Positions 1 through 8,463 are shown, numbered from the stretch's first letter. The stretch: DNA of 10,748 bases from Candidatus Eiseniibacteriota bacterium (GCA_034440375.1 JAWXBZ010000213.1:1-10748); one strand, 5' to 3'. Numbers and translations: made by a program. Notes: a model not told the origin generated them from the letters alone.

Positions 1-354
1 AACCTTGTGGAAATGTATTGAAAAAGGATTCCGGGAATGAACGAACGAGCGACCAACATTGTTTGAGCGGATTCAGCCGACGACCTAATCCAGAGTGTGG
101 AGTCTGCAAGCAAGTGAAGGGTGTCCCTCAAATGCCATGCCACACCTGTGAATAGCACGATGGATAGCAGTGCTGAACACCATTGGACACGCGGGCCGGA
201 TAAACGGGATGCAGCCCACGATGCTCCGTAAAGCAAGCCGATTAGGCCAATCGCAGCAACCAATTGCACACCACAATGCGCGGCAAGCCCTATCGACTCT
301 GGCAGCCAAGTTAACAACATGGAAGCGAACAGAAGGTGGGAGGCCAGCAACCAA

Positions 355-903
355 TCAGGACCTGTACTTTTCCAGCATCGCGCGATTGAACTCGTCCGAA
401 GCGCCGCGGGGCACGCTCAGGCTCTGCCAGTTGGCGGAGGTGGCGTGCTTCGCCAGGGTCACGATCTGGCCGGCGTGATAGGCGTAGTGCGATAGCTGCC
501 GGATGATGGCCCGCGTCACGGTATACGGCTCTGACCGGATCATAACGACGCGGGTCAGGTCGGCCGGTGTCAGCGATTCGAGGGCTTGAAAGCACCACTC
601 CCATCCCCTGTTCCACCTGGTCATCAACGATTCGCGCGTGTCATCGGCATTCAGCTCGAACTCGGTATCGCGGTTGCGATCCGGCTTCTCGCCATCCGAA
701 GTCAGGAAATCGACCCAGCGCGAACGGAGATTGCCGGCCAGGTGCTTGACCACGATGGCGGCGGGGTTCGATTCGGCATCGAGCGGGCGGAAGAAGTCGT
801 CGTCGCTCATCCGGACCAGCGCTTTCTCGGACATGGCCTTCAGTTGCCGGAACTCGGCGATCGAGTCGGTCAGGAAATCCTGGCCGGAGTTCGGGGATTC
901 CAT
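355..903 (-). CDS. DUF1572 family protein (DinB/YfiT-like four-helix fold, putative metal-binding)
   Basis: 182 aa ORF with the DUF1572-like motif IVVKHLAGNLRSRWVDFLTSDGEKPDRNRDTEF and the DinB-type His motif HYAYHAGQI. A GGGAGG RBS lies at 911-916 on the minus strand. Confidence 0.9.
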   Translation of the reverse strand: MESPNSGQDFLTDSIAEFRQLKAMSEKALVRMSDDDFFRPLDAESNPAAIVVKHLAGNLRSRWVDFLTSDGEKPDRNRDTEFELNADDTRESLMTRWNRGWEWCFQALESLTPADLTRVVMIRSEPYTVTRAIIRQLSHYAYHAGQIVTLAKHATSANWQSLSVPRGASDEFNRAMLEKYRS

Positions 904-926
904 GGTCGTGCCTCCCGTTGCCGCGA

Positions 927-1778
927 TCAGGAATCGATTCGCCAGGTCAGACCGACGCTGGCGTATCGATACGTGCCCGGTTCGACGGCATTTTGCAGGT
1001 TGAAGTGATAGCGACCCTCGAGGCCCACCGCCGATCGCCCGGCTTTGAATGGAAGCTCAACGCCGACGCCCGCATCGCCCGAAAGCAGCGATTCGCCGAC
1101 TTGCCAGAAGTTTCCGCCGACGCTTCCGGCCAGGTAGGGTCGGACGGTTTGCGTGACGGGAAAGGGATCGACGCGGACGCCGGCGGCCAGTCGCCACGAG
1201 TGCGGCGATCCAGTCAGAATTCCATACTCGGCTCCCACCGCCAGCCAGGGCTCGAAGTGCGAGTAAAGGGTGGCACGGCCCTGAAACCCACCCTCCGTGT
1301 CGTCGCGGGTCGTGAAGTCGGCGTAGCCGCCGGTCAGGGCCAGCGATCGAATCGGGCGAGTGCCGCGCGGCAGGCCATCCGTCGGGTCCTTCGAAACCAG
1401 AGAACCAAGCCAGGCGCCCAGAATCCCGCCGCCGGCTGCACCGTTGAGGCCAAAATATCCTGTGACGAGGGCCTGCTCGCCGAGTGTCAGGTCGTCGTCA
1501 TCGAGGAGCTCGAAGAGGGCGACGATGAGAAGGCCAAAACCGACCCCGGCCACGGCCCCGCTAACCAGCCCGTACTTTGCGCCAGAGCCGACCGCCCGGG
1601 GCGGATAGCGCTGATCGGGCGGGAGAGGTACGCGAGTCGTCGCTTCGGTGGAAGTGATATCGCCCGACGGCGACGAACTCACGCCGGGCTGGGCTCCGGC
1701 AACCCGCGTCACGCTCAGTGTGGCCAACAGGAGCATCGCCGCAAGTCGACGCGTTGTAGTCATGGCATTGCCGTTCAT
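927..1778 (-). CDS. Secreted protein with a glycine-zipper-like segment and a C-terminal outer-membrane beta-barrel-like domain
   Basis: Signal peptide (TTTRRLAAMLLLATLSVTRVAGA-Q), two Gly-rich hydrophobic segments, then alternating amphipathic beta-strands (WLAVGAEYG, VRPYLAGSVG, DAGVGVEL, VGLEGRYH, YASVGLTW). ATG 1778 overlaps the upstream TGA (ATGA). Alternative ATG at 1763. Confidence 0.7.
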   Translation of the reverse strand: MNGNAMTTTRRLAAMLLLATLSVTRVAGAQPGVSSSPSGDITSTEATTRVPLPPDQRYPPRAVGSGAKYGLVSGAVAGVGFGLLIVALFELLDDDDLTLGEQALVTGYFGLNGAAGGGILGAWLGSLVSKDPTDGLPRGTRPIRSLALTGGYADFTTRDDTEGGFQGRATLYSHFEPWLAVGAEYGILTGSPHSWRLAAGVRVDPFPVTQTVRPYLAGSVGGNFWQVGESLLSGDAGVGVELPFKAGRSAVGLEGRYHFNLQNAVEPGTYRYASVGLTWRIDS

Positions 1779-2533
1779 TCCCGTGATCCCTTCCCGATCT
1801 TTGTGGCCAATCCCCGCAGCATCCGAATTTCCCGCTCGGTTGGCATCGCCCGGCCGAACAGCCGACGCAGCGAATTCATGGTGTCCTCGTCCCGATCCCC
1901 TTCAAGATAGCCGATGGAGCGGAGCGCCGGTTCGAGGGCCGCCATCAGCGCCTCGAAACTGGCAGCCTTACCGGGGGGCTCCAGGGCGAGAGAGGCCGGC
2001 ACGCCCTTGCGGGTGAGGTGCGGACCGGGGCCGATCTCGGCCACCTCCTCGTACCAGCGGCCGGTGACGACGGCCACGGCCTGGGCCAGGTTCAGGGAGG
2101 GGGCCTCGTCTGTGGTGGCGATGCGGAGGCGCCGGTGACAGAGGCGTGCTTCCCCGGTGCGCAGGCCGTTCGATTCGCGACCGAAGACGAAGGCCACGCG
2201 GGTACCCGGAGGCAGCCCACGGCGGAAGGCGCCGAGCGTGTCCGGAAAGAGATCGCCCGGACGCTCCTTGCCGACACGGCGGGTGATGGCGACCGTGGCC
2301 TCTTCCTCGGCGAGTGCGGATTCCAGCGTGTCGGCCCGAACGAGTGCGTCCAGAATCGGTCGACCCTCGACCCGGGCCGCCAGTTGATCCTTTTCGACCG
2401 GAAGAGCGGTTGACCCGGCCAGGATCAATCGCGCCACGCCGAAGTTGGCCATCGTCCGGGCCACGAGGCCGACATTGCCGGCGTTGCGTGGCTCGACCAG
2501 GACGATGGCGGTGTTCAGCCCGTCCTCACCCAC
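1775..2533 (-). CDS. trmJ: TrmJ/LasT-type SPOUT tRNA (C32/U32) 2'-O-methyltransferase
   Basis: Motifs IVLVEPRNAGNVGLVARTMANFG, VAFVFGRESNGL and PSLNLAQAVAV, plus a TrmJ-like C-terminal helix LRRLFGRAMPTEREIRMLRGL. The ORF-track start at 3016 is too long. The real start is probably GTG 2533 or CTG 2518. Confidence 0.88.
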   Translation of the reverse strand: MGEDGLNTAIVLVEPRNAGNVGLVARTMANFGVARLILAGSTALPVEKDQLAARVEGRPILDALVRADTLESALAEEEATVAITRRVGKERPGDLFPDTLGAFRRGLPPGTRVAFVFGRESNGLRTGEARLCHRRLRIATTDEAPSLNLAQAVAVVTGRWYEEVAEIGPGPHLTRKGVPASLALEPPGKAASFEALMAALEPALRSIGYLEGDRDEDTMNSLRRLFGRAMPTEREIRMLRGLATKIGKGSRE

Positions 2534-3801
2534 TTCACGATTTCCGGCAGGCTCGGCCGCTTGCCATACATGAGGATGCCGATCCGGAAAATGCGTGCCG
2601 CGGCCCAGACCACGCCCACAATCGTCACTGCGATCAGCGCCATCGAAAGCGCGATCTCCCACCACGGGGGCATCAGCGCCGTGATCCGCATGATCATGAT
2701 CATCGGCGAAACGAATGGAATCATCGAGACGACACGCGCCGCCGTTGAGTCGGGGCTCGAGAGAAAGAAAAAGGTGGCGTACATCGGGAGGATCAGCATG
2801 AAGACGATCGGCTGCTGCATGTGCTGGGCCTCCTGTTCGGTGTTCACCATCGAGCCGATGGCGGTGAACATGGCCAGGAAGAGCGTAAAACCCAGGATGA
2901 AGTAGGCGAGGAACAGCAGCATCAATCCCGGTGAGAACATCGCACCGACATCCTTCATGAAGCCCGGCGGTGCCATCGAGGCGCTGTACCCGGACAGAAG
3001 GATGCCCGTCAGGCAATACGCCGCCACCTGGGTCAGACCGACGAGCCCAAGCCCGAGGATTTTGCCCATGAACAGTTCAAACGGCGACACGGAGGAGAGG
3101 AGCACTTCGATGATCCGCGATGACTTTTCCTCGAGAACGCTCCGCAGGGCCGTCACCCCGTAGGCCATCACGGGCATGAAAAAGAACAGCAGGTAGATGA
3201 AGGTCACCAGGTAGATCACGAGAAAACTGCCCCGGCTGGCTTTTCCCTTGTCATCGACCTTGAGCGTGAGCAGGGGTACGCCCTTGGTGATCGAGTCGAG
3301 ATCGGCCCGGGTAATAGTCAACTGGCGTTCCTTCAGGCGGGCGCCAATGACCGCCCGCCGCAGGGCATCCCGGATCGTGTCGACGGTATGCTCATCCCCC
3401 ACGTTCCGGGCGAAGAATCGGAAGGCGTTCCTTGATTCGATATCGTGGCCGATCAGGAGGTAGCCGAACAGCTCCTTCTCGCTGATGCGTCGGTTCAGGT
3501 CCGTCATGAGTGCCGTGGTGTCGGCGGGTGGGGCGATGGCCTCCACCTTGAACTCGTTCAGACCGCTCTTGAACAGGTCGTCGCCGAGGTCGGCCACGAC
3601 TTCCTCACCCACCTGGCCCGACTGGTCGATGACGGCCAGGTCAATGGTCCGCTCCGGCCGCAACTTCACGGACATGATCTGAATGCCGATGATGAAGGCG
3701 AAGAAGAGTGGCCCCAGCAGGAGCCCGATCCAGAACGACTTCTTGGCGACATGCTGCCTGTACTCGCGGGCGGCGATCAGCTGGATCTTCTTGACGCTCA
3801 T
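2515..3801 (-). CDS. ABC-2 type transporter permease (NatB/YhaP-like)
   Basis: N-terminal IAAREY and TM helix, a large extracytoplasmic loop, the EEKSSRIIEVLLSSVSPFELFMGKILG motif, five further TM segments and a C-terminal AARIFRIGILMYGKRPS. ATGA overlap with the ATPase stop at 3798-3801. Confidence 0.92.
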   Translation of the reverse strand: MSVKKIQLIAAREYRQHVAKKSFWIGLLLGPLFFAFIIGIQIMSVKLRPERTIDLAVIDQSGQVGEEVVADLGDDLFKSGLNEFKVEAIAPPADTTALMTDLNRRISEKELFGYLLIGHDIESRNAFRFFARNVGDEHTVDTIRDALRRAVIGARLKERQLTITRADLDSITKGVPLLTLKVDDKGKASRGSFLVIYLVTFIYLLFFFMPVMAYGVTALRSVLEEKSSRIIEVLLSSVSPFELFMGKILGLGLVGLTQVAAYCLTGILLSGYSASMAPPGFMKDVGAMFSPGLMLLFLAYFILGFTLFLAMFTAIGSMVNTEQEAQHMQQPIVFMLILPMYATFFFLSSPDSTAARVVSMIPFVSPMIMIMRITALMPPWWEIALSMALIAVTIVGVVWAAARIFRIGILMYGKRPSLPEIVKWVRTG

Positions 3802-4766
3802 CGGGACGCCCCGCTTTCGGCGAGCGCCACCTGGGCCGCCGCCTGGCTGGCCTTCATTTCCTCGGCGGCGCCGGGACCGGCCACCTGGATGAAAATGTTG
3901 TGGAGTGTCGGCTCCACGATCTCGAAGCGGCGGACCTTGACGCGCGAAGCCACGGTCACGAGCAAGGTCTGCGGGTCGGCGCCATCCTTGAGCATGACCT
4001 CGCTGTAGGCGCCGTAATCGTCCACCCCGCGCACCTCGGGCAGGGCCGAAAGGAATGAGCTGTCCCCCTCGAACTCGATGAGCACGTTATTGCGGCCGTA
4101 GCGTTGCTTGACCTCCGCCAGCGTTCCCTCCAGCACCACGCGCCCCTTGTTGATCAGGGCGATGGAGCGGCACAGCTTTTCGGCGCTCTCCATCATGTGG
4201 GTCGAGAAGACGATCGTCGTGCCGCGCCGGTTGACCTCGACGAAGAGATCCTTGAGCTGGTTGGCGTTGATCGGATCGAGGCCACTGAACGGTTCGTCCA
4301 GGATGAGGAGATCCGGTTCGCTGAGCAGGGTACCGACGAACTGGACTTTTTGAGCCATCCCCTTGGAGAGCTCTTCAATTTTCCGCTCCTTCCACTCGCC
4401 AAGGCCCACCTTGTCGAGCCAGGTGGTCGCCCGGCGCCGGGCCTCGGCCACCTCCAACCCCTTGAGCGCCCCGAGAAAAGCCAGGACTTCCAGGACCTTC
4501 ATCTTCTTATAGAGACCCCGTTCCTCGGGGAGGTAGCCGATGCGGTTCAGGGTGTCGCTGTTTGGAGGGGTGCCAAAAATCTCCACGGAGCCGGAGTCGG
4601 GCCGGATGATGTCCATCATCATGCGGATCGTCGTGGTCTTGCCGGCCCCGTTTGGGCCAAGCAGGCCAAAGACGATCCCCTTCGGGATATCGAGACTGAC
4701 GTCCTCGACGGCCACATGCTTGTCATAAGCCTTGCGGACGTTTCGGACGAGGACGGCGCTGGACAC
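3798..4766 (-). CDS. ABC transporter ATP-binding protein (NatA/YhaQ-like, with C-terminal DUF4162-like domain)
   Basis: Walker A GPNGAGKT, Q-loop region YLPEERGLY, signature LSKGM, Walker B LLILDEP and H-loop STH. Likely start is GTG 4766, preceded by GGGGG. ATG 4778 is the alternative. The ORF-track extension to 5012 looks non-coding. Confidence 0.93.
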   Translation of the reverse strand: MSSAVLVRNVRKAYDKHVAVEDVSLDIPKGIVFGLLGPNGAGKTTTIRMMMDIIRPDSGSVEIFGTPPNSDTLNRIGYLPEERGLYKKMKVLEVLAFLGALKGLEVAEARRRATTWLDKVGLGEWKERKIEELSKGMAQKVQFVGTLLSEPDLLILDEPFSGLDPINANQLKDLFVEVNRRGTTIVFSTHMMESAEKLCRSIALINKGRVVLEGTLAEVKQRYGRNNVLIEFEGDSSFLSALPEVRGVDDYGAYSEVMLKDGADPQTLLVTVASRVKVRRFEIVEPTLHNIFIQVAGPGAAEEMKASQAAAQVALAESGASR

Positions 4767-4848
4767 AAGGACCCCCATGGTGGCTTGAATCAAAAGTGCC
4801 CGGTGCCCTTGCCCCGCATCCGGGGCCGGCAAAAGCCGAACGCGAGGC

Positions 4849-4878
4849 AGTATAGCGGCCGGTGCGGCTACGCGGCAG
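4849..4878 (-). promoter_or_regulatory. Putative sigma70-type promoter of the ABC-trmJ operon
   Basis: TATACT -10 hexamer at 4854-4849 on the minus strand, with a weak -35 (CTGCCG) 18 nt upstream. It lies about 80 nt before the ATPase start. Confidence 0.45.
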
Positions 4879-4911
4879 GGGGCTGTCGGTTGCGGGGCGA
4901 CGGGTGGCGCA

Positions 4912-4969
4912 CGGGACAACTTGTCCCGATCGGGAATTTTTGGGAGCCATCGCAATGACCCGATTCGGG
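4912..4969. promoter_or_regulatory. Cluster of palindromes, candidate enhancer (UAS) for a sigma54 activator
   Basis: CGGGACAA-C-TTGTCCCG (4912-4928), overlapping TCCCGATCGGGA (4924-4935) and CCCGA-T-TCGGG (4959-4969). They lie about 150-200 nt upstream of the -24 element. Confidence 0.5.
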
Positions 4970-5040
4970 AACAAGAGGTATGACAATCGGCGTTGGAACA
5001 GGCACCGATCACTCTATCTGCTCAACGGATGATCATTCGC

Positions 5041-5053
5041 TAACTCCTTGTCC
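5041..5053. promoter_or_regulatory. IHF-like binding site
   Basis: TAACTCCTTGTCC matches the YAA-N4-TTG core of the reversed IHF consensus (YAANNNNTTGATW), though not the ATW end. It sits between the palindromes and the sigma54 element. Confidence 0.4.
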
Positions 5054-5116
5054 TGACAAACGCTGGATGGCGATCGATGAATCGGGTTGCCGTTGCCCGC
5101 ACCGGCTTCCGGCTCG

Positions 5117-5132
5117 GGGCACGGTTGTTGCA
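5117..5132 (+). promoter_or_regulatory. sigma54 (RpoN) -24/-12 promoter
   Basis: GGGCACGGTTGTTGCA has GG(5118-5119)-N10-GC(5130-5131) and matches TGGCAC-N5-TTGCA at all but the first base. It is about 120 nt upstream of the BON gene ATG. Confidence 0.75.
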
Positions 5133-5251
5133 AACGCACTTCTTACAACGGCGAAGTCACATGCGGCCGTAAGAAATCACAATGGGGAGGCGCCGGATCA
5201 GGTGCCCGATAGCCCCTGAAAGTGTACCTGCAAGAAGAAGGAGGACGGGGG

Positions 5252-5668
5252 ATGTCTCGATCCATGCTTGTGGCACTGCTGGCCATCTCGACGATGGCGA
5301 CAGCCTGCTCGAATTCGGACCGATCGAAGGTGGAGGCCACCGGCAACAAGCCGTACTCCTCGACTGACGTGGCGGCCGACAACACCGCTAAAAACAAAGT
5401 CGACAAGGACGGAATGGTTCCGGAGCCGATGGATCAGGGTACGAGCGAAGCCGACGTGACCATCACGACCGTACTCCGCCAGGCGATCACATCGGACAAG
5501 TCACTCTCCATGAATGCCAAGAACGTGAAAATCGTCACGCGTGACGGTGTTGTAACGCTGCGCGGACCGGTCGAAACGGCTGCCGAGCGGACGGGCATCG
5601 AGGCCGCGGCCAATGCCATCGCCGGTGTTCAGCGCGTTGACTGTTATCTGGAAGTAACCGGCGGCTGA
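5252..5668 (+). CDS. BON domain-containing lipoprotein (OsmY-like)
   Basis: AAGGAGG RBS (5238-5244) before ATG 5252. Lipoprotein-like signal MSRSMLVALLAISTMATA-C, then ADNTAKN and DQG-SEAD motifs and a BON core NVKIVTRDGVVTLRGPV. Confidence 0.9.
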   Translation: MSRSMLVALLAISTMATACSNSDRSKVEATGNKPYSSTDVAADNTAKNKVDKDGMVPEPMDQGTSEADVTITTVLRQAITSDKSLSMNAKNVKIVTRDGVVTLRGPVETAAERTGIEAAANAIAGVQRVDCYLEVTGG

Positions 5669-5744
5669 CCCGTTCTGAATGTGGGTTTTGTCTTCGGAGT
5701 TTCTCGGAATCAACATCAACATCTTTTGAAACCAGGAGGAAATC

Positions 5745-6272
5745 ATGTCCAAGGCAGTGATCTGTCTGACCAATACAACCGATCAGGCGGCGACGATTGT
5801 GGATGAGCTGAAGATGGTCGGATTCAACAACAACGACATTTCGGTGCTGTATCCCGACAAGACTGGCTCGCATGATCTGGCCCACGAACAGCATACGAAG
5901 GCGCCGGAAGGCGCAGCCACGGGTGCCGGCGTCGGCGGCGTGGTCGGCGGCACCCTCGGCCTCCTGGCCGGGATCGGCACGCTGGCCATCCCCGGCATTG
6001 GACCGTTCATCGCCGCTGGTCCGATCATGGCCGCCCTCGGCGGGGCCGCCATGGGTGCGACGGTCGGTGGCATCGGCGGAACCCTCATTGGTCTGGGAAT
6101 TCCGGAGTACGAAGCCAAGCAGTACGAAGGAAAGGTCCGTGATGGCAAGATCCTGATCTCGGTGCACACCGAGGATGGCAAGGAGCAGGAGAAGGCCAGG
6201 GACATCTTCAAGGCCTGCCACGCCGAGGATATTGGCACCGTCCAGGAAAAGAGCATGAGCAACAACAAGTAG
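5745..6272 (+). CDS. General stress protein (YflT/GSP17M-like N-terminus with glycine-zipper membrane hairpin)
   Basis: AGGAGG RBS before ATG. Motifs GFNNNDISVL, TKAPEGAATGAGVGG, LAIPGIGPFIAAGP and LGIPEYEAKQYEGKVRDGKILISVH. Tandem TAG TAG stop. Confidence 0.85.
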   Translation: MSKAVICLTNTTDQAATIVDELKMVGFNNNDISVLYPDKTGSHDLAHEQHTKAPEGAATGAGVGGVVGGTLGLLAGIGTLAIPGIGPFIAAGPIMAALGGAAMGATVGGIGGTLIGLGIPEYEAKQYEGKVRDGKILISVHTEDGKEQEKARDIFKACHAEDIGTVQEKSMSNNK

Positions 6273-6295
6273 TAGAACATCCGACTCATTCAATC

Positions 6296-6335
6296 CAAGG
6301 CCACGGTTGTCGGCTTTTCGACAACCGTGGCCTTG
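6296..6335 (+). terminator. Perfect 17-bp stem-loop, probable terminator or mRNA stabiliser
   Basis: CAAGGCCACGGTTGTCG-gctttt-CGACAACCGTGGCCTTG, 23 nt after the stop of the stress gene. The U-tail is weak (CCTTATT). Confidence 0.7.
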
Positions 6336-6390
6336 CCTTATTGATTCCCGCTGGACCGGGGCAACGCGGGTTGCTACCCTGCGATCCCTC

Positions 6391-7248
6391 ATGGTTGAAC
6401 GAATCAGGAACGCCCGCCCACGGGCCCTCACCGCCCGGACCGCCGATCCGCACATTCTTTACGAACGGGCTGTGCAATCAATTCCCGCGGATCTTGATTT
6501 TGCCGAGCGCATATTCAGGGCTCACCGCAAGAAATCACTCCGTTCCCTGCGTGAGGACTTCTGCGGCACCGCCGCCCTGGCCTCGTCCTGGGTCCGACGT
6601 CATCCCGACAACCGCGCGTTTGGCGTCGACCTGCATGGGCCGACCCTCGACTGGGGGCTCCGGGAGCATGTGGCCCGGATGACACCAAAGGAACAGGCTC
6701 GCCTGCTTCTGCTCCAGGAAAATGTGCTTACGGCGGCCACGCCCCCGGCCGACTTGACGATGGCCCTCAACTTTTCCTACTCGGTCTTCCATGATCGAGT
6801 TGCCCTCCGGGCCTATTTCGAGGCGGTGCATGCGGGGCTCAACAGCAAGGGGCTGTTCATTGTCGATGCCTTTGGCGGCACGGAGTCCAACATCCCCTTT
6901 GTGGAAACCCGCCGCATGAGCGCCGGTGAAACGGTCGAGGGGGATCCCCTACCGGCCTTCACCTATATCTGGGAACAGGCCGAGTTCAATGTCGTCGACC
7001 ATCGCCTCCGGTGCCACATTCACTTCCGCTTCAGGGACAAGAGCCGGCTCCGTCGCGCCTACACCTATGACTGGCGTTTCTGGACCCTGCCGGAACTCCG
7101 GGAGGTCCTGCTCGAGGCGGGCTTTCGGGAGGTGGAGATGTATCTGCACGGCTGGACCAGGAACGGGGAGTCGGATGGGGTATTCCGCGCGCGGACCCGC
7201 TCCGAAAACGCGGAAAGCTGGCTGGCTTATGTGGTTGGAATCCGCTAA
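6391..7248 (+). CDS. Class I SAM-dependent methyltransferase
   Basis: Motif I variant LREDFCGTA, acidic motif II GVDLH, ALNFSY, GLFIVDAFGG and YDWRFWTLPELREVLLEAGF. ATG 6391 is preferred because the ORF-track start at 6307 lies inside the hairpin. Confidence 0.87.
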   Translation: MVERIRNARPRALTARTADPHILYERAVQSIPADLDFAERIFRAHRKKSLRSLREDFCGTAALASSWVRRHPDNRAFGVDLHGPTLDWGLREHVARMTPKEQARLLLLQENVLTAATPPADLTMALNFSYSVFHDRVALRAYFEAVHAGLNSKGLFIVDAFGGTESNIPFVETRRMSAGETVEGDPLPAFTYIWEQAEFNVVDHRLRCHIHFRFRDKSRLRRAYTYDWRFWTLPELREVLLEAGFREVEMYLHGWTRNGESDGVFRARTRSENAESWLAYVVGIR

Positions 7249-7299
7249 TTCTTCGCGAACCGGCCCCGCAGGCCGGGGTTCTGCCACCTCTTGCCCGAC

Positions 7300-7328
7300 T
7301 CGCCAGACGCCCCCGAATCCCCTATTCT
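7300..7328 (+). promoter_or_regulatory. Putative sigma70-type promoter for the moxR operon
   Basis: TCGCCA-N17-TATTCT in the 164-nt intergenic gap, just after a small hairpin CCGGCC-ccgca-GGCCGG (7260-7276). Confidence 0.35.
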
Positions 7329-7412
7329 GTCCGGCTCCGTATGAATTTCCAATGACCGGCCGCCGCCCCCCCGGGCGGTCCACTTCGGCGGCACCGCCGC
7401 GAGGACTGTGAC

Positions 7413-8432
<1,020 letters not shown>

Positions 8433-8463
8433 TCGGCCAACGCCGACGCCTCCGGGCAAAATC

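Noticed and set aside
85-478. Short ORFs 85-354 (-) and 170-478 (+), and a possible integron attC around GTTAAC near 310
   Set aside because: No motifs or RBS for the ORFs, and no paired RYYYAAC/GTTRRRY boxes with the internal symmetry of an attC site.
918-1910. 330-aa plus-strand ORF opposite the OMP gene
   Set aside because: No motifs. The minus-strand gene has a signal peptide, beta-strand pattern and ATGA coupling.
2534-3016. N-terminal extension of the 413-aa trmJ ORF, suggesting a fusion
   Set aside because: It is an alternative frame inside the ABC permease with His/Arg/Asp-rich off-frame composition. TrmJ similarity starts only near 2518.
4779-5012. N-terminal extension of the ABC ATPase ORF
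   Set aside because: Pro/Ala/Arg-rich low-information sequence that overlaps the putative promoter and palindromes. The ATPase fold begins at about 4766.
4980-5219. 79-aa ORF with GAGG upstream in the divergent intergenic region
   Set aside because: No recognisable domain and atypical composition. It runs through the IHF-like and sigma54 elements, so the region is better explained as regulatory.
5905-6100. Repetitive GGC/GTCGGC runs resembling a tandem repeat or CRISPR
   Set aside because: Explained by Gly/Ala-rich coding sequence. There is no constant repeat with unique spacers.
5535-6455. 306-aa minus-strand ORF opposite the stress operon (and similarly 4104-4958 on the plus strand opposite the ATPase)
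   Set aside because: Antisense shadows of well-supported genes that have strong RBS or family motifs.
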